From positions 17,716 to 81,715 of the forward strand of contig CAJWIT010000002.1 of the NCBI GenBank assembly GCA_913041945.1: DNA of 64,000 nt, given 5' to 3'. Shown here in pieces: positions 19,431-30,860 of the stretch. Position 1 is the first letter of the stretch, and the number at the start of each line of letters is the position of its first letter. The DNA comes from an uncultured Fidelibacterota bacterium. Lineage in GTDB: Bacteria; Fidelibacterota; Marinisomatia; Marinisomatales; UBA8229. The notes under the pieces were generated by a model. It ran no database searches. It was given only the letters and a program-made list of their open reading frames with translations, and was not told the DNA's origin. The position numbers and the translations under genes were made by a program.

Positions 19431-21242
19431 ATGACTCCTGAAATTGCCATAGTTCTGGGTGTAATTACCCTAATGTTTATTCTGTTCGTGACAGAGCTAC
19501 TTCCACTGGATGTAACAGCATTGTCAATACTAGCAATTGTATTGGTATTAGGCTATATCTCACCGGAAGAAGCCATAAGCGGATTTGCAAATCCAGCCGT
19601 GATCACCATTGCATTGTTATTTGTATTAAGCCATTCCTTACAAAAATCAGGAATATTGGAATATATGATAATTCGTCTGAATAAACTCACTGAACGGTCT
19701 CGATTCCTTGGTTTGTTTGTTTTTTTAATATCGGTTGCCTTGGCTTCAGCCTTTGTTAATAATACGGCTATCGTAGCTATCTTTATTCCATTGACAATTC
19801 GTCTTGCTCAAAAGTATAATTTAAGTCCATCTAAATTGCTTATGCCGTTGAGTTATATCGCCATCATTGGAGGTACACTTACTTTAGTAGGTACATCCAC
19901 AAACCTCCTTGTGAATTCAATTTATGTCAATACCATATCTTCATCACCACCCTTGGGAATGTTTGAGTTTGCAAAATTCGGATTGGTTATGCTCGTTATT
20001 GGTATGGCATATTTATTAATAGCCGTTCCATTTTTAATACCATCCAGAACTGTAACGTCCAGTTTAACCAAAAGCTATCACATGGGTGGTTATTTGACTG
20101 AATTAAAAGTGAGTGAAGAATCCCCTCTTGTTGGGCGTACTTGCAAGGAAAGGGCCGTAAATAAGAATTACGATATCACGGTTTTGGATATATTAAGAGA
20201 TGGTAAACTGATCAGTAAAAATATTCGGGATACAATTATTTATCCAGAAGATATTTTATTTGTCCGGGGTTCTCTTGAAAACTTTTTACGCATGAAGGAA
20301 GTAGAAAAAGTCACAATGCTGACTGATGAAAAATTGACCCAGGATGAATTAATCCATGATGATAATACTCTGGTAGAATGTCTGATAACAAATCAGACAG
20401 ATTTGGTAGGTAAAAGTTTAATGGAAATTAATTTCCGCCGGCGTTTTGGTAGTTTCATTTTAGCAATCAGGCGGGAAGGAGAGATCCTCAGAAAGAAAAT
20501 TGCCCATGTTGTTCTTCAAGCATTTGATACACTGCTCATCTATGGACCAATTGAAAAAATTAAAGAGCTTTCTGATTCTGGTGATTTTATTGTTCTGGGT
20601 GAAATTGAAGCAACACTGCAAAAACATAAATATTGGTGGGTAAGCGTCGCAGTGATATTTGGCGCAGTTATCCTAGCTGCACTAGGAATTGTTCCTATTC
20701 TGAAAGGAGCATTGGTTGGCGCCATATTTCTTTTAGTCATCAGAGTTGTTACAGCAAATGAAGCTTATCAGAGTATTAATTGGCAGGTAATCGTGTTGAT
20801 CGCTGCTTTAATTCCTTTGGGAATTGTTATTCAAAAAAGCGGAACTGCTTTTTGGATTGGAACAGTATTAAACGATATTGCAAATGCATTTAATCCACTC
20901 ATCCGTCCAACGATTATGCTGTCTTTAGTGTACCTGGTTACAATAATTCTAACGGAAATGACATCCAACGCCGCCACAGCTATTATTATGACACCTATCG
21001 CTATTTCTGCTGCTCAGCAGATGGGATTAGAGCCTCGGACATTCGTATTTGCAGTATGTTTTGCAGCTTCTGCATCATTCATTACACCCATTGGTTACCA
21101 GACAAATTTAATGGTTTATGGCCCCGGCGGATATAAGTTTACTGATTATGTGCGCGTGGGATTGCCTCTGGCAATTGTATTATGGTGCATGGCAACCTGG
21201 TTAATTCCAATCCTCTGGCCCTTTGCTTCAATTAATGTATAG
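19431..21242 (+). CDS. SLC13/DASS-family anion permease with two central TrkA-C (RCK_C) domains
   Basis: 603 aa. Polytopic hydrophobic N- and C-terminal halves. A soluble insert at aa ~210-385 has two repeats of the TrkA-C pattern (L.E..V...SPLVGRT.....    ..I..I.R and LVE.LI...DLVGKSL.E.NFR.RFG..ILAIRR). TSNAATA motif in the C-terminal half. Confidence 0.8.
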   Translation: MTPEIAIVLGVITLMFILFVTELLPLDVTALSILAIVLVLGYISPEEAISGFANPAVITIALLFVLSHSLQKSGILEYMIIRLNKLTERSRFLGLFVFLISVALASAFVNNTAIVAIFIPLTIRLAQKYNLSPSKLLMPLSYIAIIGGTLTLVGTSTNLLVNSIYVNTISSSPPLGMFEFAKFGLVMLVIGMAYLLIAVPFLIPSRTVTSSLTKSYHMGGYLTELKVSEESPLVGRTCKERAVNKNYDITVLDILRDGKLISKNIRDTIIYPEDILFVRGSLENFLRMKEVEKVTMLTDEKLTQDELIHDDNTLVECLITNQTDLVGKSLMEINFRRRFGSFILAIRREGEILRKKIAHVVLQAFDTLLIYGPIEKIKELSDSGDFIVLGEIEATLQKHKYWWVSVAVIFGAVILAALGIVPILKGALVGAIFLLVIRVVTANEAYQSINWQVIVLIAALIPLGIVIQKSGTAFWIGTVLNDIANAFNPLIRPTIMLSLVYLVTIILTEMTSNAATAIIMTPIAISAAQQMGLEPRTFVFAVCFAASASFITPIGYQTNLMVYGPGGYKFTDYVRVGLPLAIVLWCMATWLIPILWPFASINV

Positions 21243-21288
21243 CCATTTCTGATCTTTTTCATCTAAAGAGAAAAAGACAGGAATTAAC

Positions 21289-21532
21289 ATGAACGATTTC
21301 GTAAAAACATACACAGATGAAAATTGGCAGGGAACTGTTGACAATCAAATTGAATTGACCTTGATTTATATCTGGCTACCTAGAGTATGGCACATGTAGG
21401 ACCATCGGTCCCGTAATCGATTAATTGGCTGAAGAGTTCAAGGATAAAGTTACCATTGGAAAACTGAATGCGGATGCAACGCACCTTCCGGTTTTTTATG
21501 AGCTTCCTGCTGTCGCAGGAAATAAGCATTAA
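21289..21532 (+). pseudogene. Thioredoxin gene remnant (frameshifted, in-frame stop, active site lost)
   Basis: MNDFVKTYTDENWQGTVDNQIELTLIYIWLP runs into a stop. After a 1-nt frame change the text continues EYGTCRTIGPVID*LAEEFKDKVTIGKLNADA.... This parallels thioredoxin (..vlVDFWAeWCGPCk.iaPvleelaeey.dkv.i.klnvDen). WCGPC is degraded to YGTC, there is an internal TAA, and the C-terminal half is missing. Confidence 0.5.
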
Positions 21533-21568
21533 TCGCCTAGACTATTTAATATAAATTCGGCGCTTCGT

Positions 21569-22924
21569 ATGGGCGAATCTAGACTAGAAGAATATTTATC
21601 CAACCCTGCAAAGGGTTTATGGAAATTAGCTATTCCGGTCATGGCCGGAATGGGCATCCAAACAATTTATACTATTGTTGATATGATATTTATCGGCCGG
21701 TTGAGCGGCGATGCCATTGCGGCTGTGGCTTTTAACATGCCCTTATTCTTTTTTGTTCTGGGGTTGACATTTGGACTGGGTGCTGGCGTTACTGCTTCCA
21801 TAGCCCGATTCATTGGTGCAAAAGATAAAATCAGCGCTGATAACAGCGCAGAACATGCAGTGGTTCTGGGTTTAGGTATCAGTGTTGTATTAACAACTGT
21901 CGGGTTGATATACGGCAAACCAATTTTAATCAGTATTGGCGCAACTCCGAATGTGGCTGACTTAAGCTGGTCTTATCTCAGAGTTATTTGCATTGGGTTA
22001 CCCTTTATGGTTCTGTCTGCCTTCTTTCGTTCCATCCTGACCGGGGAAGGGGATACCAAATTTCCAATGACAGTAGCCGCGTTAGGAACTGTACTGAATA
22101 TTATACTGGACCCAATTTTTATTTTTACACTTGAGTTTGGTGTCCCTGGGGCAGCATGGGCAACTGTTATTAGCCAGATAATCGTTTTTATTATTTTTGT
22201 TTATATGTTGTTCGTCAAAGAGCATTCCTATATTACCTTTCGTTTAAAGGATTTCAAACCATCTTCTTTTATTATGAAAGATATTATTAAAGTTGGTTTT
22301 CCTGCTTCCATATCCATGGTGATCATGTCTATTGGACAGTTGGTGTTTAACAGGATTCTTGTTCATTTTTCCACTGATGCCGTGGCTGCGTACCAGGTAG
22401 GAGGACGCATTGATATGGTCATTTTTCTACCCATTATGTCCATAGCATTTGGATTAACAACTTTGGTGGGCATGTTTCATGGTGCGCAGGAAATGGACAA
22501 AGTAAAATATATTATTAAATATGGATTAACCAGGTCATTCATGATCACGGTGGTTATTTCTATTATTGTATATGCTTATGCACCACAATTGATCGTGGGT
22601 TTTACTAAGGATATTTATATCCAAAATACAGCGGTCAAATATTTAAGACTTATGTCCATCATTTATCCATTGGTTGCGACGGCCATGCCTTGTGGTCGTA
22701 TTCTCCAGGGCTTTGGTCTTGGAATGCCTTTGCTAATCATTACGTCCATTCGTGTATTGCTTGTATCGTCTCCATTAGCAACATTTTTTATTTTTTTTCA
22801 AGGTCGACCTCTGGAATGGATCTGGTATTCCATGATGATCTCAACGGTTGTTTCATCCATAGTAGCGTTGACCTGGGTTTACTGGACAGTTAGGAAATCT
22901 TCATTAATAAAAACTCAAGCGTAA
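21569..22924 (+). CDS. MATE family efflux transporter
   Basis: 451 aa with about 12 hydrophobic segments. N-terminus is typical of MATE/NorM: ..LWKLAIPVMAGMGIQTIYTIVDMIFIGRLSGDAIAAVAF. The second half repeats the pattern (IIKVGFPASISMVIMSIGQLVFNRIL..FSTDAVAAYQVG.R). Confidence 0.85.
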   Translation: MGESRLEEYLSNPAKGLWKLAIPVMAGMGIQTIYTIVDMIFIGRLSGDAIAAVAFNMPLFFFVLGLTFGLGAGVTASIARFIGAKDKISADNSAEHAVVLGLGISVVLTTVGLIYGKPILISIGATPNVADLSWSYLRVICIGLPFMVLSAFFRSILTGEGDTKFPMTVAALGTVLNIILDPIFIFTLEFGVPGAAWATVISQIIVFIIFVYMLFVKEHSYITFRLKDFKPSSFIMKDIIKVGFPASISMVIMSIGQLVFNRILVHFSTDAVAAYQVGGRIDMVIFLPIMSIAFGLTTLVGMFHGAQEMDKVKYIIKYGLTRSFMITVVISIIVYAYAPQLIVGFTKDIYIQNTAVKYLRLMSIIYPLVATAMPCGRILQGFGLGMPLLIITSIRVLLVSSPLATFFIFFQGRPLEWIWYSMMISTVVSSIVALTWVYWTVRKSSLIKTQA

Positions 22925-23246
22925 CTATAAAAGACTATCAATAAATCCGATAAACAATGCTATGAGAATCCCTTTTCCAAATATGTTTTAACTATATTTA
23001 TACAGCTAGTTAAATGAATAAAATGTTTTTATTATTATGTGTTTTGCTCAACAAAAACCAAATCAATATTTTGGAGAATTTTCAAAAAAACCACTTCAAA
23101 CCAATATTTCTATTTGCCTGTTAATTTACTTATAGATAGATTTGAATCGCCAACCCGACAATTTATAACATACTTCCTTGCTTTACGGTATTTTTTCACT
23201 TGCCGATTTCGTCTGCTGAATGAAAAATTAGTACAGAAAAACGGAA

Positions 23247-25673
23247 ATGGCCGAAGCAATAGAACTAGATTTTACCTCTACAAAAGTTAGATCCAAAGCA
23301 CCAGATCCAAAAGTTCCGGAAGCTCTCCTCAACGTCAAGATAGATTCAGAACCATTGACTAAGTCAGATGGTGAATTACCCACTGAATTTCAAATAAACA
23401 ATTATTATGGAAAAGATACCCTTGGTATGGATGTCTTGAAGAATAAGTATTTAGCCCCCTGGGAACAACATCCCTGGGAATTATGGACCCGTCAAGCGAA
23501 AAGCATTTCCTCCGTTGAGAAAACGAAACAGCTTCAAGATAAATGGGAGAAAAATTTCTTTTCTATACTTGAAGATTTTAGATTTGTCCCAGGTGGTCGT
23601 ATTATGCATGGAGCAGGCCGGGAGGATATTACAACAACATTAAATAATTGTTATGTTGTTGCTATTAAGGACGATTCCATAAATGCAATCTATTCCGCTA
23701 TTAACGACGAAGCTCTTACCTATAAATATGGTGGTGGGTGTGGCCATGATCTCTCACTTTTGAGACCTGAAGGCGAAGCGATCCATGGAACGGGAGGGGA
23801 ATCATGCGGACCAACGGGATTCATGAACCTGTTCAGCGAGAATACAAATACAATTGCTCAGCATGGAAGACGGGGTGCCAATATGCAAACACTCCGGGTA
23901 GATCATCCTGATATCGAAAAATTTATCGCCATCAAAACAGGTGATATAAATATGGTTAAATACTCCAATATTTCTGTTCTGTTAACACATAAATTTTTAC
24001 AAGCAGTAGAACAGAATGACGATTTTGAACTCATGTGGAAGAATACGGCATACAAAACTGTTAAAGCACGAGATTTATGGGATAAGATAACCCATCATGC
24101 ACATAACAGTGCGGAGCCAGGACTCCTCTTTTGGGACACAATGAAAGATTATCACAATGCAGAATATTGTAGTCCTTTAGTATCAACAAATCCTTGCGCT
24201 GAACAACCATTACCAGAGGGCGGATGTTGTAATCTTGGCGCTATTAATCTTGAAAGGTTTGTAGATAATAATAAAAATTTCACCATTGACAAATTTAAAG
24301 AAACTGTCTCTATGGGATTCCGCTTTTTAGATAATGTTGTCGATTACAACATGAAAAGGCACGCCTTGGCATCACAAAAAGCTAATGCTAAGAATGATCG
24401 TAGAGTTGGACTCGGAATTCTTGGCCTGGCTGATATGTTGGTAAAAATGAATATTAAGTACGATAGTGAGGATGCGATTCAGACCGTGGATCAGATTATG
24501 CAAATTTTCCGAGATACTGCTTATGAAACCAGTATAGAATTGGCGAAAGAAAAGGGCGCATTCCCAAATTTTGACTGGTCTGGGTATAGCAAAAGTAAAT
24601 TTATCAAAAATCTTCCTAAGAACCTTCGAGACCAGATTCAAAAACACGGTGTCCGAAATAGCACTCTCACAACTGTAGCTCCAACTGGAAGTGGGGCCAT
24701 TGTTGCCAGAGTTTCCTCAGGGATCGAACCGATTTTTGATACTTCTTACAGACGGCGAGTAAAGAAAAATAAAGGTAATGGTAAACTGTATAAAGAATAT
24801 AAAGTATATCACCCCATAATTGAAAAACTCTTTGGAAATGATGAGAACCTCCCTGACTATGTTATCACTGCTCATAACATTGATCCCTATTTTCGCGTAA
24901 AAATGCAAGGGGTCATCCAAAAGTATATTGACAGTTCTATCTCTTCAACCGTAAACCTACCTGGAGACGTTTCAGTTGAAACTGTTGCAGATATTTATAT
25001 GACTGCTTATAAAGCAGGATTAAAGGGAATTACTGTTTACCGGGAGGGCGCACGTGAAGGCGTACTCATCACAGATGTAAAAACGAATGAAGAAAAAGAA
25101 ATACAAGAATCAACCACGAATAAATCAGCCGAAAAAATCGGTGTGAGAGCTGAACCTCGATTCAGACCTACTACAACCTTAGGAAGAACCCGGAGAATTC
25201 GTACAGGGGAAGGAACATTGTACATTACTGTCAATGAAGATGAACATGGCCTTTGTGAAGTATTTACTGCTATTGGTAAAGCCGGTGGAAATGCAGCTGC
25301 ACAATCTGAGGCAATTAGCCGACTTATTTCTCTAGCTTTACGATCAGGAATCAATCCTGAATCTATTGTGAAGCAATTAAAAGGAATTAGTGGCCCAAAC
25401 CCCACATGGGAAGATGGACGACTTATACTTTCTACTCCTGATGCTATTGGGAAAGCATTGGATGACTATCTAAAAAATCGCACAACGGAAAAATCCAAAG
25501 ACGAACCAAAATTTACACATTTTACCATTGCTAATGAAGCTGAAACACACGGTAAGAGTATACAAGACTATACAGTAAAAAATATTTCTTCATGTCCAGA
25601 CTGTGGTGGCCCCGTTCAGTTTCAATCAGGATGCGTGACTTGTACGGGCTGTGGATTTTCTAAATGCGATTAA
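23247..25673 (+). CDS. nrdJ: Class II (adenosylcobalamin-dependent) ribonucleoside reductase
   Basis: 808 aa. PGGRI..G.G, LNNCYV, GGG.G.D.S.LRP.G, STNPCAEQPLP..G.CNLG (catalytic Cys), VRNS.LTTVAPTGS, G.KG.TVYR.G.R. C-terminal Cys4 ribbon CPDCGG..-..CVTCTGCG. Confidence 0.9.
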   Translation: MAEAIELDFTSTKVRSKAPDPKVPEALLNVKIDSEPLTKSDGELPTEFQINNYYGKDTLGMDVLKNKYLAPWEQHPWELWTRQAKSISSVEKTKQLQDKWEKNFFSILEDFRFVPGGRIMHGAGREDITTTLNNCYVVAIKDDSINAIYSAINDEALTYKYGGGCGHDLSLLRPEGEAIHGTGGESCGPTGFMNLFSENTNTIAQHGRRGANMQTLRVDHPDIEKFIAIKTGDINMVKYSNISVLLTHKFLQAVEQNDDFELMWKNTAYKTVKARDLWDKITHHAHNSAEPGLLFWDTMKDYHNAEYCSPLVSTNPCAEQPLPEGGCCNLGAINLERFVDNNKNFTIDKFKETVSMGFRFLDNVVDYNMKRHALASQKANAKNDRRVGLGILGLADMLVKMNIKYDSEDAIQTVDQIMQIFRDTAYETSIELAKEKGAFPNFDWSGYSKSKFIKNLPKNLRDQIQKHGVRNSTLTTVAPTGSGAIVARVSSGIEPIFDTSYRRRVKKNKGNGKLYKEYKVYHPIIEKLFGNDENLPDYVITAHNIDPYFRVKMQGVIQKYIDSSISSTVNLPGDVSVETVADIYMTAYKAGLKGITVYREGAREGVLITDVKTNEEKEIQESTTNKSAEKIGVRAEPRFRPTTTLGRTRRIRTGEGTLYITVNEDEHGLCEVFTAIGKAGGNAAAQSEAISRLISLALRSGINPESIVKQLKGISGPNPTWEDGRLILSTPDAIGKALDDYLKNRTTEKSKDEPKFTHFTIANEAETHGKSIQDYTVKNISSCPDCGGPVQFQSGCVTCTGCGFSKCD

Positions 25674-25736
25674 AAACTTTATATATTTAATTCTAAATTA
25701 ACCCTTCTAAAGAAGTCGCCCGCGAAGGGGAAAGAA

Positions 25737-26294
25737 CTATACTTTCATGATTTCTTTTTCTTTTTGTTCCTGTATTGTTTTCAATTCATTGATATGTCTG
25801 TCCGTCATTGTCTGAATATCATTTTCCGCTCGCCTGATTTCATCTTCTGATATATGCTCCCCAGTTTGGAGAGCTTTCAGTTGGTGGTTTGCATCCTTGC
25901 GAACATTCCGAACAGAAACTCTTCCCTCTTCCACCAAATCATGAACATATCTGATAAGTTCCTTTCTCCTCTCCTCAGATAATTGGGGTATAGGAACTAT
26001 GACAGCATTACCGTTATTGCTGGGTGTCAATCCAATATTGCTCTCGAGGATCGCTTTTTCAATATCAGGGATCAATGCTTTTTCATAGGGCAGGATAGAC
26101 ATTGTCTGTGGATTCGGAAGTGATATATTTGCCACCTGATTTAACGGTGTCATTGTTCCGTAGTAGCTCACCTGGATGCCATCAAGAAGTTCTGGATTTG
26201 CACGTCCTGTTCGAACCTTCCCTAACTCCATTCGTGTATGGACAAGAGTTTGATCCATACGATGTTCAGCATCTTTTAAAATATTTTCAATCAT
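25737..26294 (-). CDS. frr: Ribosome recycling factor
   Basis: 185 aa. ..L.KVRTGRANP.LLD.I.V.YYG..TPLNQ.A.IS.P....L.I.P.E, PPL.EERRKEL. Confidence 0.95.
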   Translation of the reverse strand: MIENILKDAEHRMDQTLVHTRMELGKVRTGRANPELLDGIQVSYYGTMTPLNQVANISLPNPQTMSILPYEKALIPDIEKAILESNIGLTPSNNGNAVIVPIPQLSEERRKELIRYVHDLVEEGRVSVRNVRKDANHQLKALQTGEHISEDEIRRAENDIQTMTDRHINELKTIQEQKEKEIMKV

Positions 26295-26300
26295 ATCTAT

Positions 26301-27637
<1,337 letters not shown>

Positions 27638-27643
27638 AACAAA

Positions 27644-28606
27644 CTAATTCTCTTCCTCTTCTGTTACAGCAGGTTTCTTCTGGCTATCCTTATTTCCTTT
27701 TGTCTTCTTTTCTTCAGAATCAGTCCCTAGGGTAGTTTTCGCTTTGACTGATTTTTTCTTAGCAGCTTTTTCTGTCGGGCTATCAAATTCTTCAGTATTT
27801 ACTTCCAGCTCCTCTGCGACAGTTTCTATCTTTGTCTCTTCGGATAATTGTTCTTCCTTTATTTCAGACTTATCTCCCTTGGAATCTGACTGTTCGGAAT
27901 CCAATTTAGTATCTTCTACAGCATCATCCTTTGTCCTTGCTTCAATCACAGCATCAGTCAGAGTAGATATGATTAATTGGATTGTTCGGATAGAATCGTC
28001 ATTTGCCGGAATCGGATAATCAATTTCCCTAGGATCTGTGTTAGAATCCACTATAGCAATTACTGGGATTTCCAGCAAATTTGCTTCTTTGATAGCAATA
28101 GACTCAAAAAATGCATCCACAACAATAACTGCATCAGGGAGGCGCCGCATATCCTTGATCCCACGATGCTGATCAGATAACTTGATTCTCTCGCGGTTAA
28201 GCATTTGTAATTCTTTCTTGGTCAGATTTTCATAAATACTTGATCCTTCTTTTTCCAGAAGTTGAAGACGCTTGATACTTTTCTTAATTGTAGAAAAATT
28301 TGTAAGTGTCCCACCAAGCCAGCGCTCAACCACATAAAACATTCCGCATCGATCAGCTTCCTGTTGAATAATATCTTTTGCCTGCTTTTTTGTACCAACA
28401 AATAGAATTTCGCCATTACGAGAAATCACGTCTGTGATAAAATGGAGTGCTTTCTCAAGATTTTTCAGTGTTTCCTCAAGATTAATAATGTGAACACCAT
28501 TTTTTTCCATGAGAACATAAGGCTGGAAATTTGGATTCCACTTTCGGACTACATGTCCAAAGTGAGCACCTATACTTAATAAATCATCAAAACTAATCCG
28601 CGCCAT
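27644..28606 (-). CDS. rpsB: 30S ribosomal protein S2 with long acidic/lysine-rich C-terminal tail
   Basis: Start moved to ATG 28606 (MARISFDDLLSIGAHFGH..RKWNP...Y). The 17-aa extension of the listed ORF overlaps rpsI. S2 blocks: ILFVGTKKQA, ERWLGGTLTNF, PDA..VVD...E..A..EA..L.IP.IAIVD.N.DP. Aa ~226-320 are low-complexity D/E/K/S/T. Confidence 0.9.
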   Translation of the reverse strand: MARISFDDLLSIGAHFGHVVRKWNPNFQPYVLMEKNGVHIINLEETLKNLEKALHFITDVISRNGEILFVGTKKQAKDIIQQEADRCGMFYVVERWLGGTLTNFSTIKKSIKRLQLLEKEGSSIYENLTKKELQMLNRERIKLSDQHRGIKDMRRLPDAVIVVDAFFESIAIKEANLLEIPVIAIVDSNTDPREIDYPIPANDDSIRTIQLIISTLTDAVIEARTKDDAVEDTKLDSEQSDSKGDKSEIKEEQLSEETKIETVAEELEVNTEEFDSPTEKAAKKKSVKAKTTLGTDSEEKKTKGNKDSQKKPAVTEEEEN

Positions 28607-28610
28607 AAAA

Positions 28611-29003
28611 TTATCTTTTTGAAAATTGAAATTTCTTGCGGGCCCCGGGCTGACCATATTTTTTCCGCTCCACCCGACGGGAATCTCTTGTGAGATAACC
28701 AGCAGTTTTCAATAAACTACGATGGTTTTTGTTTGCTTGTAAAAGCGCACGGGATATACCTAATCGAACAGCACCAGCTTGTCCGGTGAGCCCCCCTCCC
28801 CTCACAGTGACAGTAATATCATAATCATCAATGCAATCAATCGTGTTTAGAGGTTGATTCACAAGGATTGCTAAGCTTTCACGGCAAAGGTACTTTTTAT
28901 ATTCTTTACCATTGATTAAAAAAGATCCCTTCCCAGGATTAAGAAAGACACGGGCAATTGAACTTTTTCTTCTTCCAGTTCCTTGATAAGTTTCTTTATT
29001 CAT
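28611..29003 (-). CDS. rpsI: 30S ribosomal protein S9
   Basis: 130 aa. GTGRRK.S.ARV.L.PG.G...ING, GGG..GQAGA.R.GI.RAL, LT.D.R..ERKK.G...ARK..QFSKR. Confidence 0.95.
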   Translation of the reverse strand: MNKETYQGTGRRKSSIARVFLNPGKGSFLINGKEYKKYLCRESLAILVNQPLNTIDCIDDYDITVTVRGGGLTGQAGAVRLGISRALLQANKNHRSLLKTAGYLTRDSRRVERKKYGQPGARKKFQFSKR

Positions 29004-29432
29004 TTACATTTCAAGTTTTTTAGGTTGCTGGGCATGGTGCAGATGATCCTGGCCTGCAAAAACCTTAAGATGCTTAAAAAGTTTACTGCCTAAACGATTG
29101 TGAGGCAGCATTCCCCGGATAGCATTTTCTATTACTCTTTCTGGGTAAGTTTTTCTCATAAATTTTAAATTTTTTGTTGAGCCTCCACCTGGATAACCAG
29201 AATGCTTAAAATACATTTTATCTATTTCCTTATTTCCCGATACCCTAATCTTTTCCGCATTGACAACAATGACATAATCACCCATATCCATATGAGGTGT
29301 AAATTGGGGTTTATGTTTCCCTCTTAAAACCTGGGCAATTTGACTCGCAAATCGTCCAAGGGTTTGACCTTCTGCATCGGCCACCCACCAATCGTGGTTT
29401 ATTTCTGATTTATTGACTGACTTTGTTCTCAT
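29004..29432 (-). CDS. rplM: 50S ribosomal protein L13
   Basis: 142 aa. W.V.DA.GQ.LGR.AS.IA..LRGKHKP.FTPH.D.GD.VIV.NAEKI..SG.K...K.Y..HSGYPGG. Confidence 0.95.
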   Translation of the reverse strand: MRTKSVNKSEINHDWWVADAEGQTLGRFASQIAQVLRGKHKPQFTPHMDMGDYVIVVNAEKIRVSGNKEIDKMYFKHSGYPGGGSTKNLKFMRKTYPERVIENAIRGMLPHNRLGSKLFKHLKVFAGQDHLHHAQQPKKLEM

Positions 29433-29553
29433 AAATTTTCACTTCGGTAAAAGTTGGTGAAGGTAGTATAACTCTCCAATCATTGTCAACATTTATTCAA
29501 TACAAATTATAGTAGATAAAATAAGCTAACCTCATTAAAGAAAAGAGATAGGA

Positions 29554-30846
29554 TCAGGTTATTTCAGTAATAATTCCTTTCGAAAGAATAAACTGAATTT
29601 TCCCTGTTAGTTTTTTACCAAGGAAAGGACTGTTGCCAGAACGGGATTGAATGGACGATTTTTTAAATACCCATTCCTTCTCTGTATCAATCACAGAAAT
29701 CTCTGCCTGAATTCCAGGTTTGAACAAATCAGGCTGGAACCCCATCACCACTCTTGGATTTACGGTCAACTTCGGAATCAATTCTCCAAGTGTCATCCCT
29801 GACTCTTTCACTAATGTCTGATAAACCACACCAAAACAACTCTCAAGCCCAATCATTCCAAAGGGAGCCAGATCAAAAGTTCTCTCTTTTTCTTCAATAG
29901 TATGAGGGGCATGATCAGTAGCAATACAATCGATTACATCATCTTTTAAAGCTTTTATGAGTGCTCGACGGTCATGTTCTGTTCTTATGGGTGGAGCAAC
30001 CTTCAAATTTGTATCATATTCAACGAGAGCTTCATCATTGAAATACAGATGGTGTGGGGTCACTTCAGCCGAAAGGTGTTTATTTTCTTTTTTCATTCTT
30101 CGAATATGATTCATGGCTTTAGCCGTGCTGACATGAGGAACATGAAGAACTGAGCCTGCTAACTGTGCAAGTTCTAAATCGCGGTTCACCATAGTTGATT
30201 CGGCAATATCCGGATTCCCAGTTAATCCCATTCGAGTTGATATTTCTCCTTCGTTCATAACACCATTCTTACGGATGCAACAATCTTCAGCATGATTGAT
30301 AATTGGTACTCCAATCATTCCTGCATACTCTAAAGCAAGCCGCATAATTTCTCCATCTGAGACAGGTATGCCATCATCACTAAAAGCAACTGCGCCTTCA
30401 TTTCTCATTGCGACCATCTCACAAATTTCTTTGCCTTTCTGTCCCTTGGTAATGGAACCAATAGGATGAATATGAATGGGTAATGTCTCTGCTTTTTCTA
30501 CAATAAAACGAATCGATTCTGGAGTGTCAAGAGGGGGATTGGTATTTGGCATAACACAAACACGTGTAAATCCTCCTGCGAGAGCCGCTTGTGATCCAGT
30601 AGCAAGGCTTTCTTTATCTTCCCTCCCAGGTTCTCGAAAATGAACATGAATATCACAAAATCCGTGCGTCACAATCAAACCGGAACAATCAACCTGGGTC
30701 ATAGAAGATTTATAGTTTACATCACCAACTTTCTGAATCTTACCATTCTTAATAAAGACATCTCCAACATATTTTTCTTTTCGAAATGGATCTACAACAG
30801 TGCCACCTTTTAGCAGGAGTTCTCTCGGCTGTTTTTTACTTCGCAT
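29554..30846 (-). CDS. pyrC: Dihydroorotase (multifunctional-complex type)
   Basis: 430 aa. D.HVHFREPG.E.KE....G..AA.AGGFT.V..MPNT.P, FSDDG, HAED, HV.HVST, E.TPHHL, DHAPH...EK amidohydrolase metal-ligand pattern. Confidence 0.9.
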   Translation of the reverse strand: MRSKKQPRELLLKGGTVVDPFRKEKYVGDVFIKNGKIQKVGDVNYKSSMTQVDCSGLIVTHGFCDIHVHFREPGREDKESLATGSQAALAGGFTRVCVMPNTNPPLDTPESIRFIVEKAETLPIHIHPIGSITKGQKGKEICEMVAMRNEGAVAFSDDGIPVSDGEIMRLALEYAGMIGVPIINHAEDCCIRKNGVMNEGEISTRMGLTGNPDIAESTMVNRDLELAQLAGSVLHVPHVSTAKAMNHIRRMKKENKHLSAEVTPHHLYFNDEALVEYDTNLKVAPPIRTEHDRRALIKALKDDVIDCIATDHAPHTIEEKERTFDLAPFGMIGLESCFGVVYQTLVKESGMTLGELIPKLTVNPRVVMGFQPDLFKPGIQAEISVIDTEKEWVFKKSSIQSRSGNSPFLGKKLTGKIQFILSKGIITEIT

Positions 30847-30860
30847 TATTCTTTACTAAA

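Noticed and set aside
22925-23246. Looked for a cobalamin riboswitch or NrdR boxes in the 320-nt leader of the B12-dependent nrdJ; also the 83-aa ORF 23039-23290
   Set aside because: The leader is very AT-rich and lacks the GC-rich B12-box core (..GCCACTG..) and its paired regions. The palindrome CCAAATCAATATTTTGG (23058-23074) does not fit the NrdR box consensus (acaCwAtATaTwGtgt). The ORF has no protein-like features and overlaps the nrdJ start.
25702-25729. Hairpin CCCTTC-N16-GAAGGG between convergent nrdJ and frr as a bidirectional terminator
   Set aside because: It is a 6-bp stem with a 16-nt loop and no flanking U-run on either strand, which is too weak to call.
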